Shown here one piece after another: positions 1 through 11,767 of a stretch of 64,000 nucleotides of DNA. The notes beneath the pieces were generated by a model, which saw only the letters and a list, made by a program, of their open reading frames with translations, had not been told where the DNA came from and made no database searches. The stretch is taken from positions 4,640,001-4,704,000 of the forward strand of contig CM000153.2 in NCBI GenBank assembly GCA_000004695.1. Direction: 5' to 3'. Source of the stretch: Dictyostelium discoideum (taxonomy: Eukaryota). Each line of letters begins with the position of its first letter. The stretch's first letter is position 1. The translations under genes and the position numbers were made by a program.

Positions 1-1270
1 CTTCCTTAAAGTTCTCTACATATGAATAGTAGGTTAATTTAGAGAGTGCGAATGCTTTGAGGATGTTGGTTTTGGTTTTGATTGTTGAGTCAGTGGTTTT
101 CCATAGTACTAAGGATGATCTTATTGTGTTTAATATTTCTGGTATTTTTCTTGTTATCCCTTTGCCTGTGAAGAAGTATCCCAAGTATCTTTCTGGATTT
201 GTAGATATTGGTATTCTTTGGTTGGTATTGTCTGGGTTGCCTATAAGAATTGATGAAGATTTGTCGATGTTTAGTTTTGAGGAAGTGGCTTTGCAAAATG
301 AATTGAAGTGTTGTAGTACTAATTCAAGTTGTTGAGAGTCTGGGACCATTGAAGCCGAGTCGTCTGCAAAGCTTTGGAATTTCTCTCTGTGGTCGCTGTT
401 GTTTAGAGGAAGGCCAGTAATTCGGTCATCTTGTAAAATTTTTCTAGCTAAAGCCTCTATTACAAGGACGAACAGGGTGGGTGATAGTGGATCTCCTTGT
501 TTGACTCCTCTTTTGATCTCAAAGGGTATAGTAGTTCTACCATTAATTTCAATTCTTGCTTCAGATTTGGTGAGTAGATTCATTATCAGGTTGATTATAT
601 TGGTTGGAATGTTGATGTGTTGTAGTGATCTGAGTATTGAACCGTGTGAAATCGAGTCAAAAGCTTTTTCGAAATCATATAGTGTAATTATTCCGTTAAT
701 TCTTTTATCATTACAATAGTTGATTAATTCGTTCATTGATATGATATTATCTATAATGAATCTGCCTGGTACGAAACCTTTTTGATTGTGGTTGATCACT
801 TTCGTTAGTATTGGGATTATTCTATTGTTTATTAGTTTTGAGTGGATTTTATATATACAGTTAGCCAGTGTAATTGGTCTTCTGTTTTTGATTAGTTCGG
901 GGTCTCCCTTTTTAGGTATCGTGATAATGAGGCCTTCTTTGTAATTTTTGCTAATTAGATGAGGATTTCTTAGAGTGTCGTTGAATGCTGAGGCCAGTAT
1001 TGGAGCTAGTTTTTCTTTGTGTGTTATGTAGAATAAGTTTGGAATTCCATCTGGGCCTGGAGATTTGTGTGGGTTCAATTGTTTTATTACTTCTAGGATC
1101 TCTTGTGTTGTGAATTCATTTTCAAGGTTGTCCCATGTTGAGTCCCTGGTCACTGTCCAATTTTCCAACATTTCATAATACTGAATGAACCACGATCTTA
1201 AGTCACACGGATTTAACCAGACTTTCCTACCCTTGCTTTGGATGAAAATTATTTTCTTTAACGACATAAG
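1..1270 (-). mobile_element. Non-LTR (LINE-like, TRE-family) retrotransposon fragment. It covers the ORF2 reverse-transcriptase region, and the element continues past the window start.
   Basis: Reverse-complement translation from about 1267 down to 1 is one open frame with canonical RT motifs (KSPGPDGIP, PKKGDP..RPITL, QKGFVPGR, FEKAFDSISH, GVKQGDPLSPTLF, FADDSAS at about 330-350). The coding strand is A/C-rich, unlike the flanking host genes. The plus-strand ORFs 57-335 and 399-719 in the track are wrong-strand artefacts. Confidence 0.8.
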
Positions 1271-1319
1271 GCGTAGTTTAAATTTATGTTATCCAATTCA
1301 AAAAAAAATAAGGCGTAGT
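1266..1319 (+). mobile_element. Extremely 5'-truncated retroelement insertion (about 30 bp, TTAAATTTATGTTATCCAATTCAAAAAAAAA) flanked by a 12-bp target-site duplication ATAAGGCGTAGT.
   Basis: Direct repeat ataaggcgtagt at 1266-1277 and 1308-1319 brackets 1278-1307. The inserted gttatccaattcaaaaaaa matches the 3' terminus (gcgttatccaattcaaaaa, 44276-44295) of the TRE5-like element later in the window. Confidence 0.55.
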
Positions 1320-1694
1320 AATGAATTATAATTCATGAAAAACCATTTTTATCTATTTTAATTCAAAATCACTTTTTTTAAATTTAATTTTTTAATCATG
1401 ATTAAATGGTAATGTTCTGTTACTGAATGTCAAAATTTTATAACCAAAAAATCAAAAGAAAAAAATTAAAAAAATTGATCACTTCTTTTATTATAAATTT
1501 TATTAATATATTCTTTTTTTTTTTTTTTACAAATTTGGAGAGATATTTATATATTTTTTTAATATAAAATAATTATTAAAATAAATCATATAATAATTTT
1601 TTTTTTTTTTTTTTGAAATGTTTTTTTTGAAATTTTCTTTTTTTTTTTTTTTTTTAATAAATTATTTTTATTTTTTAAAACACAATGGTAAAAG

Positions 1695-2347
1695 ATGAAT
1701 GAAGAAAATGAATTAAAAACAAATACAACTACAACTAATACTACAACAACTAGTTCATTTTTACAATTTTTACCAACCTCTGGTTCATTTTCTAAATATA
1801 ATGTGAAAAAACCAGTATGTATTCAAATTGTTAATTTCAAATTGTTTAAATGTATTTGAAATTAATTTTTTTTTCTTTTTTTTTTTTTTAGGCATCAACC
1901 CAAACTATACCCAAATATATTGCATCTCATAATACAAACCCACCAAGTAAGTTAAATAAATAATAATACTTAAACATAAATATCACATATGTAGACTATC
2001 ATACTAATGATTATCTTTTTTTTTTTTTCATTTTAAAATTAGATGATGAATTTGTAAAAAATGAGGAAAATAATATATTAATTAGATCATTAACTAAAAA
2101 TTCTGTCAATAAAAGGTATATATATATATATATATATATAATAAAAGAAAAACAAAATCGTTTAAAACTAACTCTTATAAATTATTATTTTTATTATTTT
2201 CAATAGGATTAATGAACAAATTCCAAATGCAAATAGGCAACAAAAAAAGATAGATAGCAATTATAATGATGATAGTGATGGTGATAATGATGATCAACAA
2301 GTTTATTCTTCAGAAATAGATGATTTTAGTCCAAATAAAAGGTCAAG

Positions 2348-2354
<7 letters not shown>
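1695..2354 (+). CDS. Small 4-exon gene encoding a hypothetical protein of about 110 aa with acidic, Thr- and Asn-rich segments. Exons are 1695..1814, 1892..1946, 2043..2115 and 2207..2354.
   Basis: ATG at 1695 (the upstream ATG at 1685 runs into a stop). Donors are GTATGT, GTAAGT and GTATAT, acceptors follow T-rich tracts, and phases are consistent (0,1,2) through to TAA at 2352-2354. Not in the ORF track because the exons are short. Confidence 0.5.
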
Positions 2355-2399
<45 letters not shown>

Positions 2400-2560
2400 C
2401 CAGGAAAGTTATTTAAAAAATCAAAACTATATTTATCATTTGTTTGATGTATATGAATTTTTTTTTTTTTTTTTTTAAAAAAATTTATATCTTTCTATTT
2501 TTAGAAAAGAATTATACTGAAAACATATTTCATATTTTCGTGCATAAACAACAAAATGAA

Positions 2561-2598
<38 letters not shown>

Positions 2599-2678
2599 TT
2601 GCATTTTTAATTTTTTTTTTTTAATTTTTTTTTTTTCTTATGTTAACATAATCAAAAAGACGATAAATAAATAAAAAA

Positions 2679-4379
2679 ATGTTTCGAATAATTAAAAATG
2701 TTAATAAATTATTAATAAATAATAATAATAGTTATTATAATAATAATAGTAGAAATTTACAAATTAAAAATTATTTTGCATCATCTAAAAAGGAAATAGG
2801 TGAAATTATTGAAAAAAGGATGGATAGAGGAAAAATAAAAGAAAGGAAAAAAACCAAATTTGTAAGTCAAGCATATAGAAGTATAATAGAAAGAAGAGAA
2901 GAAGAGGTTGTTATTATTGATAAAATAAGGATGGATACAGGAGAAATAAAAGAAAGTCAGACAAATTATACAAGTGTTCCAGAAAGAGGAGAAACAGAGG
3001 ATATTGCTAATGATGAAAAAAAGTCAAATTCACCCAAATCATTACATATTACAGATTTAATAGAATTTTGTAATACACATAATCAAGAGATTGAACAAAA
3101 TTTAAAAGATAAATCAAAGAAACCAATGGCATTATGTTTTGCATACAATGGCTCCAAATATTATGGATCATCGTATTCTTTTGATATCAGATTTCCAGCA
3201 ATTGAAAACCTAATAGAGAAATCCTTAATTAGAAATGGTCATATAGCATTGGAGAATATTGGTAATTTAAAAAGAATAAAGTTAAGTAGAAGTAGTAGAA
3301 CTGATAAAGGTGTTCATTCAGTATCGACTGTTATTTCAGCATTTCTATTAATTGACAAAGAAACAGAGAGACTTGCCCAATTTGGCACGCCACCACAATA
3401 TTTCATTGATAATATTAATCGTTATTTACCATCTGATATAAGATTAATTTCAGCGACAAAACCAAGTCGTACATTTAGAGCAAGACCAGCATCCAAAAGT
3501 AGAGTTTATAATTATTTAGTACCAATGGATCATTTAAAAGATATTTCAATCGATCGAATGAATAGCATACTTTCAAATTTCATTGGTACTTCTTCTTTCC
3601 ATAATTACACTTATCAACGTTTTACTTATCTTGATAGTAATACATTAAAGAAATTATCAAAAATTAATGATACTCAAGATGAGAATGAAAATAATGACGA
3701 TGAGGAGGATGAGGAGGAGGATGATGAAGAAGATGGTAATGATAATACAAAAATTGATATTGAAAAAGAAGTTGAAGAATTAGAGAAATTAGAAAATAAA
3801 AAAAATATAGAAATAGATAGATTGGCTGAAAGTGAATTATTTAGAAAGAATCCAGTAAATGTTAGAACAATTATGAATTTTTATGTTGAAAAAGAAACTG
3901 TACTATTTGAAGGTAAACAATGGTATAGATTCGTTGTAGTTGGTGATTCATTTTTAATGTATCAAATTAGAAAAATGATGGGTTTCTTCCTTTCAGTTGT
4001 TAAAGGTTATCAAAATGAGATAGGACTCCAATTATCTTTGAAATCACCATTTTCAATCTGTTCTCCAATTTCACCTCCTTTTCCTTTATTTTTATATGAT
4101 GTTAATTTTCCAAGGGAAAAAATTTTACTCCCAGTATCCAGACAAATACAAAATGAATTTTTAAATTCTAAATTAATGCCACATCTCCACAAAATAGAAA
4201 ATGAAACTAATCAATTCTCTGAATTTTTTAATCAATTATCAACTTTTAATTTCCGTTTAGATGATATTGATCAATTAATAATATTAAATAAAGAATTTCA
4301 TGAAAAAATTGAACTAAAAAAAGCAGAAAGAGAAAAAAGAATAGAAGATTATAATAATAATTATAATAATAATAATAAT

Positions 4380-4456
<77 letters not shown>

Positions 4457-4526
4457 TAATAATTATAATTATAATAATAATTATAATAATATTTATAATA
4501 ATTATAATAATTATAAGCGTAAATAA
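2679..4526 (+). CDS. tRNA pseudouridine synthase of the TruA/Pus1-Pus3 family, with a long C-terminal poly-Asn tail.
   Basis: A 615-aa intronless ORF containing the TruA catalytic signature SRTDKGVHSVSTV (RTDxGVH) and surrounding TruA-like core. The C-terminus is an N-rich low-complexity region (AAT/AAC run 4340-4500). Confidence 0.8.
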
Positions 4527-4642
4527 ATAAATAAATAAATAAATGAAAAAATAAAAAAAGAAAGAAGGAATGTACATTTTTTATTTTATTTTATTATATT
4601 TTATTTTATTTTATTTTATTTTATTTTATTTTATTTTATTAT

Positions 4643-4987
4643 CTAATTTGAAGTAAATGTAATTAAAATTAAAAATGATGGATATATTATAAATGGAAGT
4701 AAAGCTGCAATTGAGTATCTTCTAATATGTTTATTTGGTTCTTGAATATACATTATTGAATAAATTAATGGGAAATATAATAATAATCCAATGAAAAAGA
4801 ATAATCTTGCATAATAATAATGTTTACATTTTATTTTATCTTGTCTAAAATCAATATAATTATTTTGTTTTTCTTGTTGATCTTGTGTGTATTTTTTTTC
4901 TTTATTTTTGAAATTAATATTATTATTTTCTTCTAATAAACTTTCACTATCATTTAAAATATAATTTTTATTATTTTGAAAAACCAT
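4643..4987 (-). CDS. Hypothetical small membrane protein (114 aa, two predicted TM helices).
   Basis: ORF-track ORF with two hydrophobic stretches (FFFIGLLLYFPLIYSIMYI and AALLPFIIYPSFLILITF). No recognisable domain. Confidence 0.3.
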   Translation of the reverse strand: MVFQNNKNYILNDSESLLEENNNINFKNKEKKYTQDQQEKQNNYIDFRQDKIKCKHYYYARLFFFIGLLLYFPLIYSIMYIQEPNKHIRRYSIAALLPFIIYPSFLILITFTSN

Positions 4988-5437
4988 TTTTATTTTTATT
5001 TTAATTATTACTTTAAAATGGTTATGTAAATTTTTAATTTTCTTTTTTTTCTTTTTATTTTCTCTTTTCTTTTATTTTTTTTTTTTTTTATTTTTTTTTT
5101 TTATTTTTATTTTCATTTTCATTAAAAATATTAATGAAATAACAAACCCATTGCATATTCATATATGGTTTCATTTTTTAAAAATTATTTTGAGTAATTT
5201 ATTGATTAGGTTTTAAAAATTATGTGTGGTATGAAAAATAATAATTAAAAAATCTAAACAACCACACCCACAACACATTATCATTTTTAAAAAATTTTTA
5301 AAATGTAAAAATGGTTTTTTTTTTTTGTTTAAAGAAAAAAAAAAAAAAAAAAATACTAAAATTAAAAATAAAAGGCATAGTTTAAGAAACTTTTAAACTA
5401 ATAAACAAATATATAATTTTATACTTAAAATAAATAA

Positions 5438-5722
5438 ATGACATTTGAAGAAATAGATTTAAAAGAAAATATAGATAAACATGTATTTGTTAAAACATGT
5501 CAATGTGGTATTAATTCATTCGATAATTCAGAATCAAAAAGATCAAAAATAATATTTATAATTGGTCACGTTTTTATTTTTATGCATTTATTTAATTTAC
5601 CAAAACTTTGGTCAAATAATGAAACTTCAAAAAGATATGCAATAGGTTCTTTATTTTGGTTAATTTTTTCAATTATAGTAATTTCTTATTCATTTTTATT
5701 TATTAAATTTAAAATGGTTTAA
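5438..5722 (+). CDS. Hypothetical small membrane protein (94 aa).
   Basis: An ORF with a CxC motif then two hydrophobic segments. No recognisable domain, and it could be spurious. Confidence 0.25.
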   Translation: MTFEEIDLKENIDKHVFVKTCQCGINSFDNSESKRSKIIFIIGHVFIFMHLFNLPKLWSNNETSKRYAIGSLFWLIFSIIVISYSFLFIKFKMV

Positions 5723-6320
5723 AACATTTTTAAATTAAATGTATAAAATTATCAAACTTTTAAAAAAAAATAAAAATAAAAATAAAAATAAAAATAAAAA
5801 TAAAAAATAAAAATAATAATTGTAATAACAAATAAAATTTTAATAATAAATCAAAATAATGTAAATCATCCTATTTTTTTTTTTTTTTTTTTTTTTCATT
5901 ATTATTTTTTTTATTTATATTTTATTTTTATTATTTTCATTATTATTATTTGAATATTTGTTAAAATTATTTCAACACACCAAACAATGTATAAAAACAA
6001 TAAATTACCCCCAAATAATTAATTTTATTAAGAATATTGAGGTGTGGTGTTTTTGTTTTATTCAATGAATTTCCTTTTTTTTATGACAGGTAGTGTGATA
6101 CTACAAGTTTGAAGAGCAAAATTATAAAAAAGATAAATATTTTGAATTTTATATTCAAATAAAATTCGAATATTTTAAATAATAATAATTTTTAATTTAT
6201 TTTTTATACATATAAAATAAATTTTTTTTTTTTTTTTATTTCTTTATTTAATTTTTTTTTTTTTTGATAGGATTTGATAATTAATTATAATACAAATCAA
6301 TTTTTTAAAAAAATTATATT

Positions 6321-7014
6321 ATGAAACTTTTAAATAGTCTTGTTTTATTAGCAGCTCTTTGTGCTATTACTGCAAATGGAAAAATTGTTGAAGGTAATTT
6401 TTCCTTTTTTTTTTTCTTTAAAAATTGGATTTTACCAATGTTAACATTTTCTTTATTAATTTTTAAAAACAATAGATACACCAGATCCATCAACAGTTTA
6501 TAATTTGTTTCAATTAAGTTCATCAGATGGAGGATGTGACCCAGCTGGTACCCATTCACCAGATGCCAATGTTAATGTATCAGTTGATAAATGTAGAAAT
6601 GTTTGTAACAAAAATATAAAGATCTCAAAGGGAACCTCAACAAATCAATTCACATTCCAAACTTATAATGATAATTCATGTAGTCAAGCCACATCAGATC
6701 AAGCATTATCATTCACATGTTCAGACAATGTTAAGAAACAATTAGGAACAAGTATTTATAGTGTCATTTGTAGTACTGGTAGTGATTCCACAAATCCAAC
6801 AAGTACTCCATCCACCACTCCATCTGCTACCCCAACTGTCACTCCATCCACCACTCCAACTGTTACCCCAACTGTCACTCCATCCACCACTCCAACTGTT
6901 GCCCCAACTGTTCCTCCAACTACTCCTCCATCCACAACAACTGGATCTGGTTCTACCGTGGTTGCATCATTTGGTTTAATTGTTTCTATTTTATTGGCTT
7001 CATTAGCTCTTTAA
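6321..7014 (+). CDS. PsA-like (prespore antigen family) cell-surface glycoprotein. It has a signal peptide, a Cys-containing globular domain, a Thr/Pro (PTVT-type) spacer and a GPI-anchor-like C-terminus. Two exons: 6321..6393 and 6476..7014.
   Basis: Exon 1 encodes MKLLNSLVLLAALCAITANGKIVE. The GTAATT donor is at 6394 and the acceptor at aacaatag ends at 6475, phase 1. Exon 2 has the TNQFTF motif, TPTVTPSTTPTVTPTVTP repeats and ends STTTGSGSTVVASFGLIVSILLASLAL. From memory this is close to D. discoideum PsA (NTNQFTF..PTVTPTVT..STTTGSASTVVASLSLIIFSMILSLC). Confidence 0.75.
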
Positions 7015-7354
7015 AATGATTTATTTGATTTTATTTTAACATTACTTTTTGTATCACCATAATTTTTTAAAAAATAAAAATAAAAAAAAACTTAACACGA
7101 AAAAAATAAATTATATTTTTTTTATATATTTTATTAGAAATTCCAAAAAAAAAAAAAAAATTATTATGGGTTATTTTAAATATAATTATTAATTATTTTA
7201 TTTTATTTTAGAAATGCACATAATTAAAAAAAAAAAAAAAAATATCTTCTTGATTTTTTAAAAAATTCCTTGGGTTAATTATTTTAAATATTATTATTAT
7301 TTTTATTTTATTTTTTTTTTTTTGATATTTTTAATACAGATTACTTTATTTTTT

Positions 7355-7397
<43 letters not shown>

Positions 7398-7467
7398 ATA
7401 TATTTATAGATTTTTTTTTTTTTTTTTTTTATTATTATTAATTAAAAAAAATCAAATTTAATAAGAA

Positions 7468-8340
7468 ATGAATAAAAAAGTAATTATTTTAACAGGTGGT
7501 ACAGATGGTATTGGAAGAAATTCATTAAATTATTTAATAAATGAAGATAATTTAAAATTAATTTTACCAATTAGAAATTTAGAAAAAGGTGAAAAGGTAA
7601 TTCAAGAATTAAAATTAATAAATTCAAATATTGATATTACAACTATGGAAATGGATTTATCATCATTTGAATCAATTAAATCATTTGTTAATGAATTTAA
7701 TAAATTGGGTTTACCATTACACACATTGGTAAATAATGCTGGTATTATGTCACCAATTTATAAAAAAACAGTTAATGGATTTGAGTCAACATTTGGTACA
7801 AATTATTTGGGTACATTTTTATTAACAAATTTACTTTTACCAAATTTAAAAAAATCAAATACTGAATCTGATAAAGGTAATATCGTTATTGTCACTAGTA
7901 GAATGCATTATTACGTCTCAACATTGGATATTGATAATTTGGAAAATATTAATGAATCCAATTTTTCAAGTGGTAATGAATATAATAAATCAAAAGTTTG
8001 TGATTTATTATTTGCATTTGAATTAAATAATAGATTAAAATCTGATGGTTATGATAAAATAATCAATGTTAATTCAATTCATCCTGGTTTTCAAATTACA
8101 TCATTGTCAAAAGATCATGGTTGGTTTTCAAATTATATAGTTTTACCAATTTTAACTTTTTTCTTGGGTAATAATATTAATGATATGGGTAAAGCCTTAG
8201 CTGAAATATCATTAAATAAATCAAATGTAAATGGTAAATACTTTCAATTAACTACTGAATCTCAACCTTCAAAATTAGTTACAAATAATGAAATTTCAAA
8301 ATCATTATGGGAAAAAACAATAAAATTACTTGAATTATAA
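7468..8340 (+). CDS. Short-chain dehydrogenase/reductase (SDR, retinol-dehydrogenase-like).
   Basis: A 290-aa ORF with the TGGTDGIGR Rossmann motif, an NNAG motif and catalytic YNKSK (YxxxK). Confidence 0.8.
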   Translation: MNKKVIILTGGTDGIGRNSLNYLINEDNLKLILPIRNLEKGEKVIQELKLINSNIDITTMEMDLSSFESIKSFVNEFNKLGLPLHTLVNNAGIMSPIYKKTVNGFESTFGTNYLGTFLLTNLLLPNLKKSNTESDKGNIVIVTSRMHYYVSTLDIDNLENINESNFSSGNEYNKSKVCDLLFAFELNNRLKSDGYDKIINVNSIHPGFQITSLSKDHGWFSNYIVLPILTFFLGNNINDMGKALAEISLNKSNVNGKYFQLTTESQPSKLVTNNEISKSLWEKTIKLLEL

Positions 8341-8422
8341 TTTAAAAATAAAATATTAATTATAAACAAACAATAAAAAATACTTTTATTATAACAAATA
8401 TAAATAATCCAAATAGTAATTT

Positions 8423-8455
<33 letters not shown>

Positions 8456-8883
8456 TTTTTTTCTTATACATTAACATTTAAATGTCAAACTATTATTTAT
8501 TGAATTAAAATGATATCATATTATTAATATAAGTAAACTTTTAGAATTTTAAAATTTATTATTTTTTTTTATTTTTTTTTTTTTATTTTTTTCCATATGT
8601 TTTTTTTTTTTTTTTTAAATAAAACATAGATAAATTAAAATAAAAAAAATAATATTTAAAAAAAAAAAACAGAATAAATTTAATTGATAAAGGAAAAAAA
8701 AATTGGATATATTTACCACTTTCTTTTTTTTTTCAAGATTATTGAATTATAAATCGAGGTATGGGGTGAACTTAGTAATTTTTTTAGTTTTTATTTTTTA
8801 TTTTTTATTTTTTTTTTTTTTTGGGTTTAAAAAATCTATAAATAATTTTTATTTTTTATTTTTTTTTTTTAACATTCTTATAT

Positions 8884-8918
<35 letters not shown>

Positions 8919-8920
8919 TT

Positions 8921-8950
<30 letters not shown>

Positions 8951-8951
<1 letters not shown>

Positions 8952-9433
8952 TGAAATTACTATTTGGATTATTTATATTTGTTATAATTTTCTCAGCAAT
9001 TAATTCTCAAAATATTGTTCAAAGTCCATTTAATTATTTTGAAATTTCAAATGCGTTTTGTGGAAATGTAATTACAACATATCAAATAAATGCAGAAAAT
9101 AATGGTTGTCTTAGATCATGTGAAGATACCAATGTATCAGCCAATTTTGTTAGAATAGTTCAAACAACAACCAATAATAATACTTTTACTGCCACAGAGT
9201 ATACTGATTCCACTTGTACAAATTTACCAGCTACCAATGGTCAAACATTTACATTCACATGTCAATATGATAATAATCAAGTTACACTTGATAATGGTCA
9301 AAGAGTAATATGTTATGATTTAAATACAAAAGCTCCAATTCCAAAGAATGTTAATGATAGTTCAGCATCAAGTAGATTAATTATTAGTTGTTCAATTTTA
9401 TTCCTTGGTTTCATTATTGCTTTATTATTATAA
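8951..9433 (+). CDS. PsA-like secreted/GPI-anchored protein, a paralog lacking the PTVT spacer.
   Basis: A 160-aa ORF with signal peptide MKLLFGLFIFVIIFSAINSQ, conserved Cys spacing and NTFTATEYTDSTC..QTFTFTC resembling the PsA N-domain, and a hydrophobic C-terminal tail (LIISCSILFLGFIIALLL). Confidence 0.6.
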
Positions 9434-9528
9434 GATAATAATTTTTTTTTTTAAAAAAAAAAAAAAATAATAAAAAAAAAAAGTTTTAAATTAATTATTT
9501 TAAAATAATATTATAAAATATATTTTAT

Positions 9529-11430
9529 TTATTTCTTCTTTTTATTTCCACTACTAACACCTGAAGAAGGTACAGCTTGAGCATGTTTAGTTTCTTTTAT
9601 ATGTTGGAATAATTTATTTCTACTTGGAAATTCACCTTTGCAAACATTACAAAATAATGATTCACCACTACCACCAGTTTGACCTTGTTGTTGTTGTTGT
9701 TGTTGTTTTTTCTCTTCTTTCTTTTCTCTTTTTTCTTTTGCTTTACCTTTACTCTTTGTTGTTGTTGTAGCTGATGTTGTTGTGGTCGTTGTAGTTGTTG
9801 TGGTATTTTTTTTATTATCTTTTTTATTATCTTTTTTAACTTTTTTATCTCCATCCTCTTCCTCATCTTCTTCTTCATCCTCATCATCATAATCATCATC
9901 CTCACGGTCTTCATTATTACTATCTTGTTCACTCTCATTTTCATCATCTTGAATTTTATTTTCTTTTTCTTCTTTTTCTCTTTGTTCTTTTAAATTTTTC
10001 TTTTTTTCTTTTGTTAAAACAAAATTCTTTAACATTGAAGTTACTAATAAATCATCTTCATCTTCAGAATTTAAATTATCATCATCATCATCATCATCAT
10101 CATTTGATAAATTTTTATTTTCTTTTAAATCTTCTTCTTCTTCTTCCTCTTCTTCAGATTCTATAAACTTTTGAGGTTTTGATTTCTTTTTATTTTTATT
10201 TACTAAACCAAAAACAAATTCATCACTCTTTTCATTAAACATTTGTGAATTTATAACTTTTTTTGATTTCTTTTTAGCTTTTTTAGATTTCTTTGATTTT
10301 TTATTTTTATTATTATCTTCATCATCTTCATCTTCATCCTCATTACTATCATTTCCATTGGTATTATTATTATTACTACTATTATTATTACTATTATTAT
10401 TACTATTATTATCTTCAGGTAATAATTCATCATCTAATGAAACAGCTTTTCTAATTCTAGCTAATTCTTGTTTATGTTTATTTGAATTTTGATGATTTTC
10501 TAATTGACCTTCAGATTTAAAAGCTTTATCACAAATTATACAAAAATTTGAATTATTTGAATTATCTTGATAAAGATTATCATCATCATCTTTATAGAGA
10601 CCTTGTTGTTTGGCAAGTTGATATTCTCTTTGTTTCTCTTCTTTGAATTTTTTAATTTGTTTTTGTCTTTCTTCTTCATCTAATTGTTTTTGAATTTCAG
10701 CTTCTCTTTGTTTTCTTTCAGTTTCTTCTAAACATTTCTTTTGATATTCTGTTATTCTCTTATCATGATTATAGATGAATGATGCTAAATGTCTAACCCT
10801 TTCGTTGTAGGCTGATCTTGCTTTCGATCTTTCCTTTTGATTCTCTTTCTCCATTAAACGTTTGATTTGTCTATTTGGTGCATCTGATAAATGGTAGAGA
10901 TCAGATGATGTGAATTTCTTTTTTGTTACAAAATCTTTCCAAAAACTGTAAAATTTTAAAACCTCTGCAATCGGTGTTGTTGAATCACCAAATTTTGGTG
11001 GATGGTGGTGATATTCGTTGATGGTTTCTTCACCTTCTTCGATTTTGTCAATGATTTCAAAAATTCTTGAATAAATTTTAAAGAAACCAGTTTCATCATT
11101 ATCATTGAATGATGTGAAAATCGATGTATTGAAATATGGCCATAAATTAATTTCATCATCATCGTCATCACCATCACCTGAACCACCTCTACCACCACGT
11201 AAAATCGCTTCCCTATGATCATCATACCATTTTCTTTCATTTGGATCTGATAATACTGTATAAGCATTATTAATCTCTTTAAATTTCTCTTCTGCAATTG
11301 ATAATTGATGTTGATTCTTATCTGGATGCCACATTAATGCTAATTTTCTATAAGATATTTTAATTTCATCTTGTTTTGCTGATTTTTCAATACCTAATAC
11401 TTCATAATAACATCTTAATTTTGTATTCAT
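9529..11430 (-). CDS. DnaJ homolog subfamily C member 21 (DNAJC21/Jjj1-like): an N-terminal J domain plus two C2H2 zinc fingers.
   Basis: A 633-aa ORF with a J domain (YYEVLGI..WHPDKN HPD motif), a charged KE-rich middle, and two C2H2 fingers ([25 protein letters not shown] and [24 protein letters not shown]). This is the DNAJC21 architecture. Confidence 0.8.
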   Translation of the reverse strand: MNTKLRCYYEVLGIEKSAKQDEIKISYRKLALMWHPDKNQHQLSIAEEKFKEINNAYTVLSDPNERKWYDDHREAILRGGRGGSGDGDDDDDEINLWPYFNTSIFTSFNDNDETGFFKIYSRIFEIIDKIEEGEETINEYHHHPPKFGDSTTPIAEVLKFYSFWKDFVTKKKFTSSDLYHLSDAPNRQIKRLMEKENQKERSKARSAYNERVRHLASFIYNHDKRITEYQKKCLEETERKQREAEIQKQLDEEERQKQIKKFKEEKQREYQLAKQQGLYKDDDDNLYQDNSNNSNFCIICDKAFKSEGQLENHQNSNKHKQELARIRKAVSLDDELLPEDNNSNNNSNNNSSNNNNTNGNDSNEDEDEDDEDNNKNKKSKKSKKAKKKSKKVINSQMFNEKSDEFVFGLVNKNKKKSKPQKFIESEEEEEEEEDLKENKNLSNDDDDDDDDNLNSEDEDDLLVTSMLKNFVLTKEKKKNLKEQREKEEKENKIQDDENESEQDSNNEDREDDDYDDEDEEEDEEEDGDKKVKKDNKKDNKKNTTTTTTTTTTSATTTTKSKGKAKEKREKKEEKKQQQQQQQGQTGGSGESLFCNVCKGEFPSRNKLFQHIKETKHAQAVPSSGVSSGNKKKK

Positions 11431-11708
11431 TTTTTTTTTTTTTTTTTTTTTTTTATAAATCTAAAATTATTATAGATTTATAGATATGAATATGATATTT
11501 TACAAAAATTGTAAAATAAATAAATTTAAAAAAAAATAAATAAATAAAAAAAAAAAAAAAAAAATTAAAAAATGAAAAAAAAAAAAAAAGTAAAAAATTC
11601 AAAAAAATTCGTTTTAGATATTATTTTCATTTTTTTTATCTTTTTTATTTCTCAATAAAAATAAAATAAAATAAAAAAACTAAACAGTGTGTGATTTTAT
11701 TTTATTTT

Positions 11709-11746
<38 letters not shown>

Positions 11747-11767
11747 GTAATAATATAAAAATAGAAA

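Noticed and set aside
57-719. Plus-strand ORFs 57-335 and 399-719 from the ORF track.
   Set aside because: They lie antisense to a clear reverse-transcriptase reading frame that is open on the minus strand across 1-1267. They have no domain content.
4314-4577. Minus-strand ORF made of poly-Ile/Phe.
   Set aside because: It is the antisense translation of the (AAT)n poly-Asn tail of the pseudouridine synthase gene, a low-complexity artefact. The same reasoning covers 8262-8477, 8703-8954, 33708-33914, 34142-34513, 43670-43855, 45486-45788, 47102-47314 and 48982-49281.
5266-5273. ACCCACAA, and TTATGGG at 7167-7173 on the opposite strand, resembling the Dictyostelium ncRNA upstream sequence element (DUSE).
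   Set aside because: They are isolated 7-8-mers. No recognisable class I RNA, snRNA or snoRNA sequence lies about 60 bp downstream, so each is probably a chance occurrence.
6761-6979. ORF 6761-6979 (Leu/Pro/Gln-rich).
   Set aside because: It is an alternative frame of the PTVT spacer of the PsA-like gene, and the in-frame PsA-like reading is strongly supported.
9597-11297. ORFs 9597-9947, 10251-10433 and 10956-11297 on the minus strand.
   Set aside because: They are out-of-frame overlaps within the DNAJC21 coding region (charged and low-complexity).
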